Counted from the first letter of the whole stretch, positions 8,418 through 18,328 are shown. The stretch: DNA of 63,775 nucleotides, filler included, from Deltaproteobacteria bacterium (GCA_030698575.1; 14 parts of 14 records of this genome joined end to end with filler, not necessarily neighbours in it); one strand, 5' to 3'. Made by a program: numbers and translations. Notes: a model not told the origin generated them from the letters alone.

Positions 8418-9651
8418 TGCGCGTATTCCGCTTCAGACGACGACCATCGACACGGCGCCCGGGCTGAATGCCCTTGCCGGCGCTTTTCGATACCGCGAGC
8501 AGCAGAAAGAGCGCAAGGAGGAACGCCAGCAGGACCTCGAGCTGCGCCGGCAGGAGCTGGGAATGCGCCAGCAGGAGATGGGGCAGCGCAAGGAGGTGCT
8601 GGACATGCAGATCGCCAGCGCGAAATACACGCAGCTGGACGATCGCGAGAAGCGCCGCATGAGAAGCACCGTATTGGGCGCTGCGCAGCTTAACGGATAT
8701 TTGGAGGCCGGAGATACAGAGGGCGCCGCGAGCTTCCTGCGGACCCGCAAAGGGCAGATCGAGCAGGCCAAGGCTATCGATCCGACAATGGACTCAAACG
8801 AGACCGACCAGGCCCTGCAAATGCTCCAATCAGGGAATATCGACCAGCTCAAGAAAACGACGCAGAGCGCCATCAAGCTCGGGCAGGATTTGAAGATTCT
8901 GGACAAGCCCGAAAAGATAGACTCGTTCGCGCCGGTGTACGGGCCGAAGGGTGAGGTCGTCGCGCAGCGCAATGTGAAAACAGGGGAAGTCAAAGCGTCC
9001 CCGCTCGCGCCGGAGAAGTCAAAGCTGATGTCGCCGGAAGAACTGCAGCAGAAAATGAGCATAGCCGCGGCCGGCAAGCCGAGCGTCACTGTCAAAGTGG
9101 ACGCCAAGATGGGCGAGAGTTTCGCCAAGGAAATCGGGCCGATGATGACCGAATCCAGGTCGGCGGCTCAGGGCGCATTGCAGGCTATCGACACAGTGAA
9201 GCGTATCCGCGGAGCCATTGAGGGCGGGAACGTATCGCTTGGCCCGACCGCAACGCTGCGGCAGAACCTGAATCAATTCGGGCAGGTATTGGGCGTTACC
9301 GGAGAGACCACGGAAGAAAAGCTAGTGAATACCCGCAACGTCATCCGTGGACTGGCTCAATTGGCGATTTCGGCTCGGAAGCAACTGAAAGGGCAGGGCC
9401 AAGTGTCCGACTACGAGGGCAAGTTGATTCAACGCGGTGAGGCCGGCGAAGTCGGAGACTTCACCATGCCGGAACTGAAAGACTTCATCGGCGTGACTGA
9501 ACAAATGGCTGGCAAGGTCGTGAAAGAGCACAAACGGACCCTGGATGTGATGCGCTCTGACCCAAGCCTTGAACGATTTGTTCCGTTTTACGGTGTTGGC
9601 GAAGACGCGGAAGAGCTGACTGTCGGCAGGTTCAAGGTCAAGGTCAAATAA
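8407..9651 (+). CDS. DNA ejection/transfer protein (gp20-like position)
   Basis: 414 aa helical, Gln-rich N-terminus, late GQVSDYE motif. Follows the gp7-like gene. Confidence 0.6.
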   Translation: MPIDARIPLQTTTIDTAPGLNALAGAFRYREQQKERKEERQQDLELRRQELGMRQQEMGQRKEVLDMQIASAKYTQLDDREKRRMRSTVLGAAQLNGYLEAGDTEGAASFLRTRKGQIEQAKAIDPTMDSNETDQALQMLQSGNIDQLKKTTQSAIKLGQDLKILDKPEKIDSFAPVYGPKGEVVAQRNVKTGEVKASPLAPEKSKLMSPEELQQKMSIAAAGKPSVTVKVDAKMGESFAKEIGPMMTESRSAAQGALQAIDTVKRIRGAIEGGNVSLGPTATLRQNLNQFGQVLGVTGETTEEKLVNTRNVIRGLAQLAISARKQLKGQGQVSDYEGKLIQRGEAGEVGDFTMPELKDFIGVTEQMAGKVVKEHKRTLDVMRSDPSLERFVPFYGVGEDAEELTVGRFKVKVK

Positions 9652-9731
9652 TGGCCGAGTACGTTGTCACTGACCCGGCGAGCGGCCGGGAAGTTACCCT
9701 CACCGGGGACTCGCCGCCGAACGAGCAGGAG
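9651..9731 (+). CDS. Start of next ejection protein (truncated by contig end)
   Basis: TAATG coupling; translates MAEYVVTDPASGREVTLTGDSPPNEQE. Confidence 0.5.
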
Positions 9732-9831
9732 NNNNNNNNNNNNNNNNNNNNNNNNNNNNNNNNNNNNNNNNNNNNTTAATTAATTAANNNNNNNNNNNNN
9801 NNNNNNNNNNNNNNNNNNNNNNNNNNNNNNN
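9732..9831. other. Artificial contig-joining spacer (first of 13)
   Basis: N-run + TTAATTAATTAA (stops in all frames) + N-run, 100 nt. The others are at 14119-14218, 17611-17710, 20276-20375, 29169-29268, 32456-32555, 35107-35206, 37748-37847, 45009-45108, 48093-48192, 53023-53122, 57967-58066 and 61106-61205. Confidence 0.98.
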
Positions 9832-10103
9832 CTTCCTGCCATCCCAACGGCGGAACGACCGGAGGGGAGACGCAGCTCCCGATGACTTCCTACATGGTTC
9901 CGATTCCCGATCTCCGCGGGGCGGCCGGCACCTTTCCGAAGTTCAAGGTACCGAACAACCGGGTCATCACTCTTGAGGAGATGGACACGAACTGCCTTCG
10001 CATGTTCGTGCTCGGCGACTATATCTCCGACGAGGACTCCAACGCTCTGGCGATGTATGTGACCTCCCTGAGCAAGGGGCAAACGATCGAGGTTGGCAAG
10101 TAG
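9832..10103 (+). CDS. SoxA/TsdA-like c-type cytochrome, C-terminal fragment
   Basis: AAGTFPKF..VITLEEMDTNC..NALAMYVTSLSKGQTI matches the SoxA/TsdA heme-domain pattern. The CxxCH motif is not within the fragment. Confidence 0.55.
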
Positions 10104-10165
10104 GGATCAGGTAGAGCGAGCGGCAGCGTTCGTACCGATACACGTCGTCAAGCGGGAGAAGCCGG

Positions 10166-11161
10166 TTGGGCGGAAACCGAAGAGTCTGGATTACATTATT
10201 CGCGGCCTGCGCGCTGCTGATTCCCAACGCCGCGCAGGGGCTCTTCGGCTCCGATTCGGAGAATCCGGCCGACCATCTCCTGAAGAACCCCGTCGCAGTC
10301 TCCCGGAGTTGCGTGAGCTGCCACACGATTGGTCAGAGCGGGAGCACCGTCGGACCGAACCTCAACCAGGTCGGGAACCGGCGGAGCTCCGACTGGCTTC
10401 GGAAGTGGCTGCGCAATCCTTCGGCGGTGAAGCCCGGGACGGCGATGCCGAACTTCGGGCTCACCGAGCAGGAGATCGAGTCGCTCGTGACCGATCTTTC
10501 TCGTGCGCGAAAAACCTTCGACCAGCAGGCAATTATCGCAGAAAGTCCAACGCCCGATGAGGCCGGTCGCCGGCTCTTCGAGGTCTACGATTGCTACGCC
10601 TGCCACCGGATCGGCCAGAAGGGCCGCTACAACGGGCCCGACTTGACGTGGGTCGGGAAGTGGCAGGACATGAACTGGGAAGCGGGCTGGCTGGCCGATC
10701 CGGACGCTCACCGTCCCGGAACGTTCATGCCCAACTTCAAGTTGAGTCCCGGGGAGATAAAGGCGCTCACGGCTTTTCTCGGGACGCTGAAGGGACAGAC
10801 GCACGCGGAAGATAAGCGCTGGGCGGATCCGCTCTATCGATCGAAGCCCGTGAAGCGGGGGGAACTCATCTTCGAGAAGCTCGGCTGTCGCGGATGCCAC
10901 GGTGAGCGAGGAACGGCGGGGGGATTCCGGAACCCGAACGCTGCTCCGAACGAAATGGTACCAGCGCTCGCCGATGTCTCGAAAAAGTATTCCATCGATC
11001 AAGTGAAGCAGATCATCCTTACCTCACGACACCCGCGCCCCCTCGACCCCGCAGGCGCGCCGCCTCCGCTGGTCTGCCCTGCATGGAGCGGTCATTTCGA
11101 AGATACGGAGCTGAACGACCTGATAGTTTACGTGATGTGCCTTGGACCGCAGCATCCTTAG
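10166..11161 (+). CDS. Periplasmic triheme cytochrome c
   Basis: Signal peptide, three CxxCH motifs (CVSCH, CYACH, CRGCH), and GP.L / PGT.MPNF motifs. Confidence 0.9.
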   Translation: MGGNRRVWITLFAACALLIPNAAQGLFGSDSENPADHLLKNPVAVSRSCVSCHTIGQSGSTVGPNLNQVGNRRSSDWLRKWLRNPSAVKPGTAMPNFGLTEQEIESLVTDLSRARKTFDQQAIIAESPTPDEAGRRLFEVYDCYACHRIGQKGRYNGPDLTWVGKWQDMNWEAGWLADPDAHRPGTFMPNFKLSPGEIKALTAFLGTLKGQTHAEDKRWADPLYRSKPVKRGELIFEKLGCRGCHGERGTAGGFRNPNAAPNEMVPALADVSKKYSIDQVKQIILTSRHPRPLDPAGAPPPLVCPAWSGHFEDTELNDLIVYVMCLGPQHP

Positions 11162-11197
11162 GCTCCACTGTCTTCCGGACTACACGGAGTTATTCCG

Positions 11198-12349
11198 ATG
11201 ACTTTGATGACGATTGCACTGCTGGGTCTAGGCTTTGCCCTGGCGTATGTGAACGGCGCCAACGACGTGTCGAAAGGCGTTGCGACCCTGGTGGGAAGCG
11301 GCGTCACCGATTACCGTCGCGCCATCCTCTGGGGTGCGCTCTGGACAGGCGTGGGCGGTCTCCTGGGCGCGACGCTCGCGACGGCCATGGTGGCGACGTT
11401 CGGAAACGGGCTCTTGGCCTCGGGTACCATGCCGACTCTGACTGCCGCCATGGCCACCCTGTTCGGCGCAGCGGCCTGGGTACTCCTCGCCACCCGGAGC
11501 GGCCTTCCGGTCTCCACGACCCACGCCATCCTCGGCTCGATCATGGGCGTCGGGGCGGTCGCATATGGTGTGCACGGCCTTCGTCTCAGCGCTCTGGTCG
11601 GGAGCATCTTTCTTCCGCTGCTGTTGAGCCCGTTCATCTCGTTGGTCGCGGCGACGGCTCTGTTGCGTCTGACGCGGCCGCGCTCTGCTACAGCAGCACA
11701 CGATGCGGACTGCCTCTGCGCCGAAGTCGAGCCTGGCGTCTCGGCGTACGCGCTTGGGGCAGAAAGCTCGATAGCGTTGGCCACCGGTGCGGCCGAGCTT
11801 CACTTCACCACGAGCAGCAGTGAGGCGTGCGCCGCCGAGCATCCGCGCGCAATTCGGCTGACGCTCGACCACCTTCACTGGCTGACGAGCGGCGCTACCA
11901 GCTTTGCGCGGGGAATGAACGATGGGCCCAAGATCGTCGCGCTCATCGTTGCGGCGGCGACGCTCCAAGGCTCGGCAACCTTCGCAAGCCCGATGCTGTT
12001 TGCGTTCGCATTGGTGACGTGCGGCATGGTAGCCGGCAGCATCGCCGCCGGCAGGCGGGTCACGCATGTGCTGGCGGAGGAGGTCACCCCCATGGACGAT
12101 CGTGAAGGTTTCATCGCGAACCTCGTGACGGCGGGCCTGGTCACGGTGGGTGCGACGCTCGGGCTGCCGATGTCAACTACCCACGTGTCGTCGGGGGCAA
12201 TCTTCGGCGCGGGCATTCAGCGGTCATCCGTCAACAAGAAGACACTGCGTGACATCGCCCTGGCCTGGATCGTCACCCTCCCCGGAGCCGCGCTTCTGGG
12301 CATCGCGGCTTTCGCCGTTGGAAGCTTCGTGAGCATGGCGAATTGGTAA
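11198..12349 (+). CDS. PiT family inorganic phosphate/anion transporter
   Basis: NGANDV, GLPVSTTHA, ARGMND and GLPMSTTHV signature motifs. Confidence 0.92.
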   Translation: MTLMTIALLGLGFALAYVNGANDVSKGVATLVGSGVTDYRRAILWGALWTGVGGLLGATLATAMVATFGNGLLASGTMPTLTAAMATLFGAAAWVLLATRSGLPVSTTHAILGSIMGVGAVAYGVHGLRLSALVGSIFLPLLLSPFISLVAATALLRLTRPRSATAAHDADCLCAEVEPGVSAYALGAESSIALATGAAELHFTTSSSEACAAEHPRAIRLTLDHLHWLTSGATSFARGMNDGPKIVALIVAAATLQGSATFASPMLFAFALVTCGMVAGSIAAGRRVTHVLAEEVTPMDDREGFIANLVTAGLVTVGATLGLPMSTTHVSSGAIFGAGIQRSSVNKKTLRDIALAWIVTLPGAALLGIAAFAVGSFVSMANW

Positions 12350-12906
12350 TCTTCTGCTTCCCGAAGGCTAGTTCTTGTCGACATCGTTGGGGATTTTACT
12401 CCACCCCGTTGCCGCCCATTTCCACTGACCTGAGCAACTGTTCAGCCCGGATTAATCTGCCTGGCAGCCTCAACCAGACTTTACCCTTCGGTTGCCTATT
12501 AAACCCGGATCTGAGAATCGCTAATGATTTGGGAGTGGACGGAATTTACGCTGGGCACAGGAAAGAGGCCTCAATCGGGGAACGGGTCGGGACAGCGGAG
12601 GGTACAAGACGCGCGGCCCGGGGTATCACGATTCGCTCCAGAATTGCACCGATTCGTACCGAGGATTAGCCCGGCAGATAGTCCTCCTCCCAGCAGGACT
12701 CTCAGTTGATTCTCTCTACCATGTCGGCGAGTTGCATGTGTGACGGTTCACTCGGCAGGCTCTCAGGGGCGCGATGTCTATGCCGAAACGCGGAATCGGC
12801 GATTCCGGTACAAATTAGGCTAATCTGGCGGGGAGAGAGCAGAGACACACAGAGAGAATGTGTTCAGGGGAGCCAAAACAGAAGCTGCGCTCCGGGCGCG
12901 GCTCGG

Positions 12907-14102
12907 TGTGGCTGGCGAATTCCAATTTGTGGCTGAAAATCAGCGATTCGGTCGGCTTGATCCCCAGGTCATTCTGCCCTAGTCTCCGCCGCCATGAAGC
13001 ACCTGTTCATCCTCCTCGGGCATCTGCTGACGACGATCGCCAGGCTCCTCGGCTCCGGCGGCGCGCGTGCCATCGTTGCCGAGACTGTTCTCCTGAAGCA
13101 GCAACTCCTGGTCGTAAATCGATCCCGCCGACGCGCGCCTAACCTTTCTCCTCTCGACCGCTTCCTGTTCGGCTTCTGGGCACTTCTTCTCGGTGAGCGC
13201 CGCATTCCCCGCGTGGCCGTCATCCTCAGGCCCTCGACGCTTTTGAGCTTTCACGACGCGCTCAAGAAGCGGAAATACCGGCTGCTCTACACGCCCCGGC
13301 ATCGAGGAAAGCCCGGCCCGAAGGGGCCTTCCCAGGAAATCATCGAGATCATCGTTGAAATGAAGCGCCGGAATCCCCGATTCGGATGTCCACGGATCGC
13401 CTGGCAGATTGCTCATACCTTCGGCGTCGACATCGACAAGGACGTGGTCAGGCGGGTCCTCGCCAAGTACTACGATCTGAGACCCGGGGACGGCGGACCC
13501 TCCTGGCTCACTTTCCTCGGGCATCTGAAGGACAGTCTCTGGAGCGTGGACCTGTTTCGGTGCGAGTCGATTCTCTTGAAAACCCACTGGGTCATGATCG
13601 TGATGGATCACTATAGCCGGCGGATTATCGGGTTTGCGGTGCACCTCGGCAACGTCGATGGCATCAGCGTTTGCCGTATGTTCAACGAGGCCGTGGGCCG
13701 GAAGGGGATTCCCTGCTACCTGAGTACGGACAACGATCCGCTCTTCACGTATCACCGCTGGCAAGCGAATCTGCGGGTCTTGGGGATTTCGGAGATCAAA
13801 ACGGTGCCCTACGTGCCACTGTCGCATCCCTTCGTCGAACGGCTGATCGGAACCACGCGCCGGGAGTTCCTAGATCAGACATTATTCTGGAGTGCCCGGG
13901 ATTTGGAGAGGAAGCTGGGGGAGTTCAAGGAGTACTATAACGAGCATCGCGTTGCCGCGTCGCTCGATGGCGAAACACCTGCTGAAGTCGCAGGCGAACC
14001 AGCTGCGGGGAGAGCGAATCCCCGGCGTTTCCGATGGCAAGCCCATTGCCGAGGGTTGTACGAACTCCCAATGGCGGCCTAAGTAGCAATTCGCCAGGCA
14101 CA
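12907..14102 (+). mobile_element. Insertion sequence with TGT...ACA ends (IS481/IS3-superfamily-like)
   Basis: IRL TGTGGCTGGCGAATT (12907-12921) matches the reverse complement of IRR, TGTGCCTGGCGAATT (14088-14102), at 14/15. The repeats flank the transposase. Confidence 0.75.
12994..14082 (+). CDS. Integrase-core (rve) DDE transposase
   Basis: WSVDLF, LSTDND, VERLIGT.RRE.LD and YYNEHR motifs. Confidence 0.9.
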   Translation: MKHLFILLGHLLTTIARLLGSGGARAIVAETVLLKQQLLVVNRSRRRAPNLSPLDRFLFGFWALLLGERRIPRVAVILRPSTLLSFHDALKKRKYRLLYTPRHRGKPGPKGPSQEIIEIIVEMKRRNPRFGCPRIAWQIAHTFGVDIDKDVVRRVLAKYYDLRPGDGGPSWLTFLGHLKDSLWSVDLFRCESILLKTHWVMIVMDHYSRRIIGFAVHLGNVDGISVCRMFNEAVGRKGIPCYLSTDNDPLFTYHRWQANLRVLGISEIKTVPYVPLSHPFVERLIGTTRREFLDQTLFWSARDLERKLGEFKEYYNEHRVAASLDGETPAEVAGEPAAGRANPRRFRWQAHCRGLYELPMAA

Positions 14103-14360
14103 GGATTTGAGGTAGGGANNNNNNNNNNNNNNNNNNNNNNNNNNNNNNNNNNNNNNNNNNNNTTAATTAATTAANNNNNNNNNNNNNNNNNNNNNNNNNN
14201 NNNNNNNNNNNNNNNNNNGTCCGACGGGCGCGCGCCGGTCACGAGCACGGCCGGAAACGATTCCAGGGCACGCTGGACGGTGACGGCAAGGCGCCGGGGA
14301 AGCTCGCGAGCCAAGTCGCCAGCCTCTCATCGGTCAAATCGAACATCTTCCCGGCCCGGC

Positions 14361-14455
14361 ATGAGCGCGCCGGACATCTCGCGGATCGAGGAGAGCCCAG
14401 GGCGCAACGTCACGCTCGGGACCATGGTGAAGCTCTTCCGGGCGTTCGGCTGTCG
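14361..14455 (+). pseudogene. XRE-type HTH fragment
   Basis: MSAPDISRIEESPGRNVTLGTMVKLFRAFG resembles HTH helices 3-4; the rest of the gene is missing. Confidence 0.45.
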
Positions 14456-14537
14456 GGGCTTGAGCCCGCGCGGGACATCGAGGGCGTCTACAGGGGACTC
14501 CGGCCGGGGGAGACGCTCACGGCTGGATGGCTGCCCG

Positions 14538-14792
14538 TCAGGCCACTTGCGATTCGAACTTGATGACCGGGACGGTCATCGTCCTTGCCCTCCGCCGATG
14601 CTTCGCGTTGCCCAAGAGGGCTGCGATCCGCCGACCAACGGGCGCCCGGACCGTTTTCTCCCCACATGTGACGCAGACACCGACGGGCACATCCTCCACC
14701 ACGACGAGCTTGCCCTTGATCCAGAACTCCAGCTTGATGCGCTTCTCAAGTACGTGGCCACGGCAGACGTGGCAGTCACCATAGTCGTACAT
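14538..14792 (-). CDS. YgiT-type zinc finger protein (MqsA N-terminal-like)
   Basis: CHVC...VEDVPVGVCVTCGE with a GGAGG RBS. Confidence 0.85.
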   Translation of the reverse strand: MYDYGDCHVCRGHVLEKRIKLEFWIKGKLVVVEDVPVGVCVTCGEKTVRAPVGRRIAALLGNAKHRRRARTMTVPVIKFESQVA

Positions 14793-14812
14793 TGATTCCC
14801 CTCCCTGCGGGT

Positions 14813-15091
14813 TCATTCGACGAGGTAGGTCGTGACCAGCAGCAGCGTTCCCGTCCCTTTGACCCGGCAGATCACGGCGACCTTCCGCCCGTCGGTCGTC
14901 GGGCCCACGACCTCGTAGCGGGTTCCGCGCGGATCATGCGTGAAGCGGCGTCTTATCCGACCCCTCGCGATGGCCATCTCGATGTCACCGAATCCCAGGC
15001 CGTCGTTGATCATCTCTTCGACGAAATGGGGAACCACCACCTCATACTCTTCCGAGCGGATCTTCCTCCGGATCGTGTCAAGAGCGCCCAG
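14813..15091 (-). CDS. DUF4258-like (RelE-fold) putative toxin
   Basis: HFVEEM..DI..AI..G..YEVVGPT..V.C..LVTTY pattern, upstream of the YgiT finger. Start uncertain (CTG after GGAGG). Confidence 0.75.
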   Translation of the reverse strand: MGALDTIRRKIRSEEYEVVVPHFVEEMINDGLGFGDIEMAIARGRIRRRFTHDPRGTRYEVVGPTTDGRKVAVICRVKGTGTLLLVTTYLVE

Positions 15092-15228
15092 GTGCTTCCT
15101 CCGCGTTTCAAACGGCCCGTGATCGCTCCGGTGCCGGGCCACACCGCCCCTCGCCGTCGAGCCTGTCTCTACAGCTTGGCATACCGGGATGGGGGCCCAC
15201 AAGCGGCATGTAGCCGGGCAACCGCCCG

Positions 15229-15840
15229 TCACCGCAGCTTGGCCAGCGTCCTCCTCGCCCCTTCCTTTCCCTTGAACGCCGCCGGCGACCCCGCCGCGAA
15301 AGCCAGGGCCTTCCGCGCGAGGTCCCTGCCGCCCGTCCTGGCCGCGGCCATCCCCAGGTGGTACTGCAGCTCCGCGTTGTCGGGCAGCCGGACCGCGCCT
15401 TCCCGCAGCAGCGCCAGGGCCCGCTGATACACCCCGCGCGCCACCTGCTTGGCCATCTGGGCCAGGGCCAGCGCCTTGTCCTTGGCCTGCTCCCCGCCGT
15501 GCTCGGAGTCGATCCAGGCCAGGTTGTTCGCCGCCGGGGCGAAGCGCGGGTTGAGCGCCAGGATCTTCGCGTAGGCGGCCTGGGCCTGCGCGATGTCGCC
15601 CCGCTGCTGGTGAATGACGCCCGCGAGCATCAGCGTCACCACGTTCTTCGGGTTGACGGCGAGCCCCGCGCTGAGCTTGGCCAGGGCCTGGTCGTACTTG
15701 CGCGCGGAGCCATAGAGACGCCCCAGCTCCACATAGCCCTCGATCAGCCGGGGCTCGAGCCCGAGCGCCCGGAGGAAGGCTGCCTCCGCCCGGTCCGTCT
15801 CGCGCCGCGCCAGGTGGACGCGCCCGAGCAGGGCGTGCAT
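15229..15840 (-). CDS. TPR-repeat protein (probably a fragment)
   Basis: Repeated TPR units (AFLRALGLEP, YAKILALNP..AANNLAW, YHLGMA). Confidence 0.75.
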   Translation of the reverse strand: MHALLGRVHLARRETDRAEAAFLRALGLEPRLIEGYVELGRLYGSARKYDQALAKLSAGLAVNPKNVVTLMLAGVIHQQRGDIAQAQAAYAKILALNPRFAPAANNLAWIDSEHGGEQAKDKALALAQMAKQVARGVYQRALALLREGAVRLPDNAELQYHLGMAAARTGGRDLARKALAFAAGSPAAFKGKEGARRTLAKLR

Positions 15841-16057
15841 CGGCGCTGAGCGGGGCTCCTGAAGGTGATCCCCGCCCTCGCCGCCGCCGCCGTTCAGCGG
15901 GCCAGTCGCCGCGAGCGGCGGATCCCTGCCATCGCTGTCGCTGGCGGGTAAGGGATCCCAGATCCCGCCGGTCGGCTCGGCCCCGCCGGCCAGCAGGTCG
16001 CCCCCGGAGCGCAGCCCCGCGCTCTCGTGTGGACCGAGAGCCCGTCGCCCTGGGCTC

Positions 16058-17213
16058 TCACCACGCGAGGTGCCAGGGGACGGCGCGTATCCCTGGCCTG
16101 AGCGGCGTGGGCGCCTCGATGCGGCAGGCGAGGACTCCGCGGGCGCGGGGGCCCGCGAGGGCGAGCCAGCGGGCGAGCGCCTCGGCGTGCGGCGGGGCCG
16201 GCGTGGCGGTGGCCTTGACCTCCATGGCGTACAGGTGTCCGTGGCGCTCGACGATGAGGTCCACCTCGAGCCCGCCGGTCGAGCGCCAGTGGAACAGCGA
16301 CGGCGGTTCCCCGGACTGGCGGAACGCCTTGACCCACTCGGCGACCACCGCGGTCTCCACCAGCGCTCCGGCGGTCGGGCTGCCGAGTAGCGCCTCCCCG
16401 CTCTGCAGGCCCATGAGGAAGCCCGCCAGCGCCGGGTCCATCAGGTACACCTTCGGGCTCTTGGTGATCCGCTTGCCGAGATTGCCGTGGAAGGGCCGCA
16501 GCAGATAGACCACCTGGCTTGCCTCCAGCACCGACAGCCACCGCTTGACCGTCGGGGCCGTGACGCCGGCGTCCCGCGCCAGGTCGGTCATGTTGAGCAA
16601 GGTTCCGGTCCGCGCGGCGACGAGTGCCACGAAGCGGCCGAAGGCGCCGAGGTCGCCCACCTGGAGGAGATCGCGCACGTCACGCTCGAGGTAGGTCTGC
16701 ACGTAGCTCCCGAACCAGAGCGGCCGATCGACGGCCTGTGTGAGGCAGATCTCCGGGAACCCGCCCCGCAGCAGCCAGTCGCCGAGGTCGGGTCGATTCG
16801 GGAGCCTGGCGCCGAGTGTTGCCTCGCCCCACACCCGCTGCAGCAACCCGTCCACGTCGGGCGGCGCGGGATGGCGGACCACCTCGGTCACGGACAGGGG
16901 ATCCAGCGTGAGCACGGCCACGCGTCCGGCGAGCGTCTGGCTCACGCCGCGCATGAGCGGGAAGCTCTGCGATCCGCTGAGGAGCCACTGGCCGGGGCGC
17001 CGGTCCCGGTCGATCTGGTCCTTGAGGTAGTGAAGGAGCTCGGGCGCGCACGTCCGGGCGCTCGAGTGAGATGTACGCGCAGCGCTCCCCGAACTCCGTC
17101 CGCAGCAGCGTCGTCTTGCCCGACTGGCGCGCGCCGGTCACGAGCACGGCCGGAAACGTCTCCAGGGCACGCCGGACGGTGACGGCAAGGCGCCGGGAAT
17201 GTGTGATCTGCAC
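16058..17213 (-). pseudogene. AAA_14 + DUF4143 ATP-binding protein, frameshifted by an internal deletion
   Basis: Walker A GARQSGKT lies in one frame and APELLHYLK..SGSQ..LAGR, GGFPE, YLERD, EVDLI in another. The frames join near 17045 and Walker B is absent. Confidence 0.85.
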
Positions 17214-17710
17214 ATCTGGACGGTGGCCGCCAGGGCGCTGCTCGATCTCCTTGATCCAGGCCAGGTTGCTCGCCGCCGGGGCCGAGCGCGGGTTGAGCGC
17301 CAGGGCCTTCTCGTACGCGGCCTGCGCCTGTGAGCCCGAGCGCAGTTCACTGGAGGGTCGGAAAGCTCATCACGCTCGACCGTCGGCTCATCCGGCGGAC
17401 TCTCGGGCGTCTCGCCGACGCAACGATGCGACGGGTCCGGGGTCGTCCGGGGTCAGGTCTTGCATTCCGACATTGGTGATGGGCCGAGCGCATGGTCGCC
17501 TGCACCCAGCTGCTCCCGTTCGCTGCCGGGGCAAGCTCAGCGCGTGGGACAGGCGCGTCGCCAGCAGTTCCCGGAGGGGCCCCATCACGTGACGGCCCCT
17601 CGCAACGGGCNNNNNNNNNNNNNNNNNNNNNNNNNNNNNNNNNNNNNNNNNNNNTTAATTAATTAANNNNNNNNNNNNNNNNNNNNNNNNNNNNNNNNNN
17701 NNNNNNNNNN

Positions 17711-18322
17711 CGGTTCCAGCTGACGAATGCCCCGGTACAGCGTGTACGGGCAGGGAACGTAGCCGAAGCTGAGATATGCCGCCAGAAACTCGACTGCGAC
17801 CTCCGCGGGCACCCGCGGATCGGTCAAGAGAGCCTTGATCTCGGAGCCGAAGGCGAAGATCTCAGTGCTCCGGTAGTAGAAAAGCGGCTTCTTGCCGGCA
17901 CGGTCCCGTGCCAGAACGAGTTGCTGGTTCCGCTCGTCCGACAAGGCGAGCGCGAACATCCCGTCCAGCTTTTCGACGAAGGACATTCCCATCTCCTCGT
18001 AGAGATGGACAAGGACTTCGGTGTCCGAGTACCCCTGGAATCGGTGGCCGTCTCGGATCAACGCTGCGCGGAGCTCGCGGTGATTGTAGATCTCTCCGTT
18101 ATGGACTACATGTACATTCCGGCTCTCGTTCGAAATGGGCTGATTTCCGGCCGCAGACAAGTCGATGATCTTCAGCCGGGTGTTGCCCAGGGCGTCCGGG
18201 CCGTACACACCGTAGCCCGTCGCGTCCGGGCCCCGGTGATGAATGGCTGCGCACATCGTGAGGATTTGCTCGGGCTCAGGGGGCGCCGCTTTGAGGCTTA
18301 TGCGGCCAGCGATTCCGCACAT
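17711..18322 (-). CDS. asnB: Asparagine synthase (glutamine-hydrolysing) family amidotransferase, N-terminal part
   Basis: MCGIAG, RGPD, NGEIYN, SDTEV and RDRAGKKPLFY motifs. Confidence 0.92.
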
Positions 18323-18328
18323 GGCGTT

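Larger units (their letters stand above)
1..9731 (+). mobile_element. Phage/prophage virion morphogenesis region (podovirus, P22-like tail genes)
   Basis: Co-oriented, tightly packed or overlapping ORFs in the order capsid, decoration, gp4-like, gp10-like, gp14-like, ejection proteins. Confidence 0.9.

Noticed and set aside
12350-12906. Short ORFs or ncRNA between PiT and the IS
   Set aside because: No recognisable motifs, RBS or convincing structure; probably intergenic or decayed DNA.
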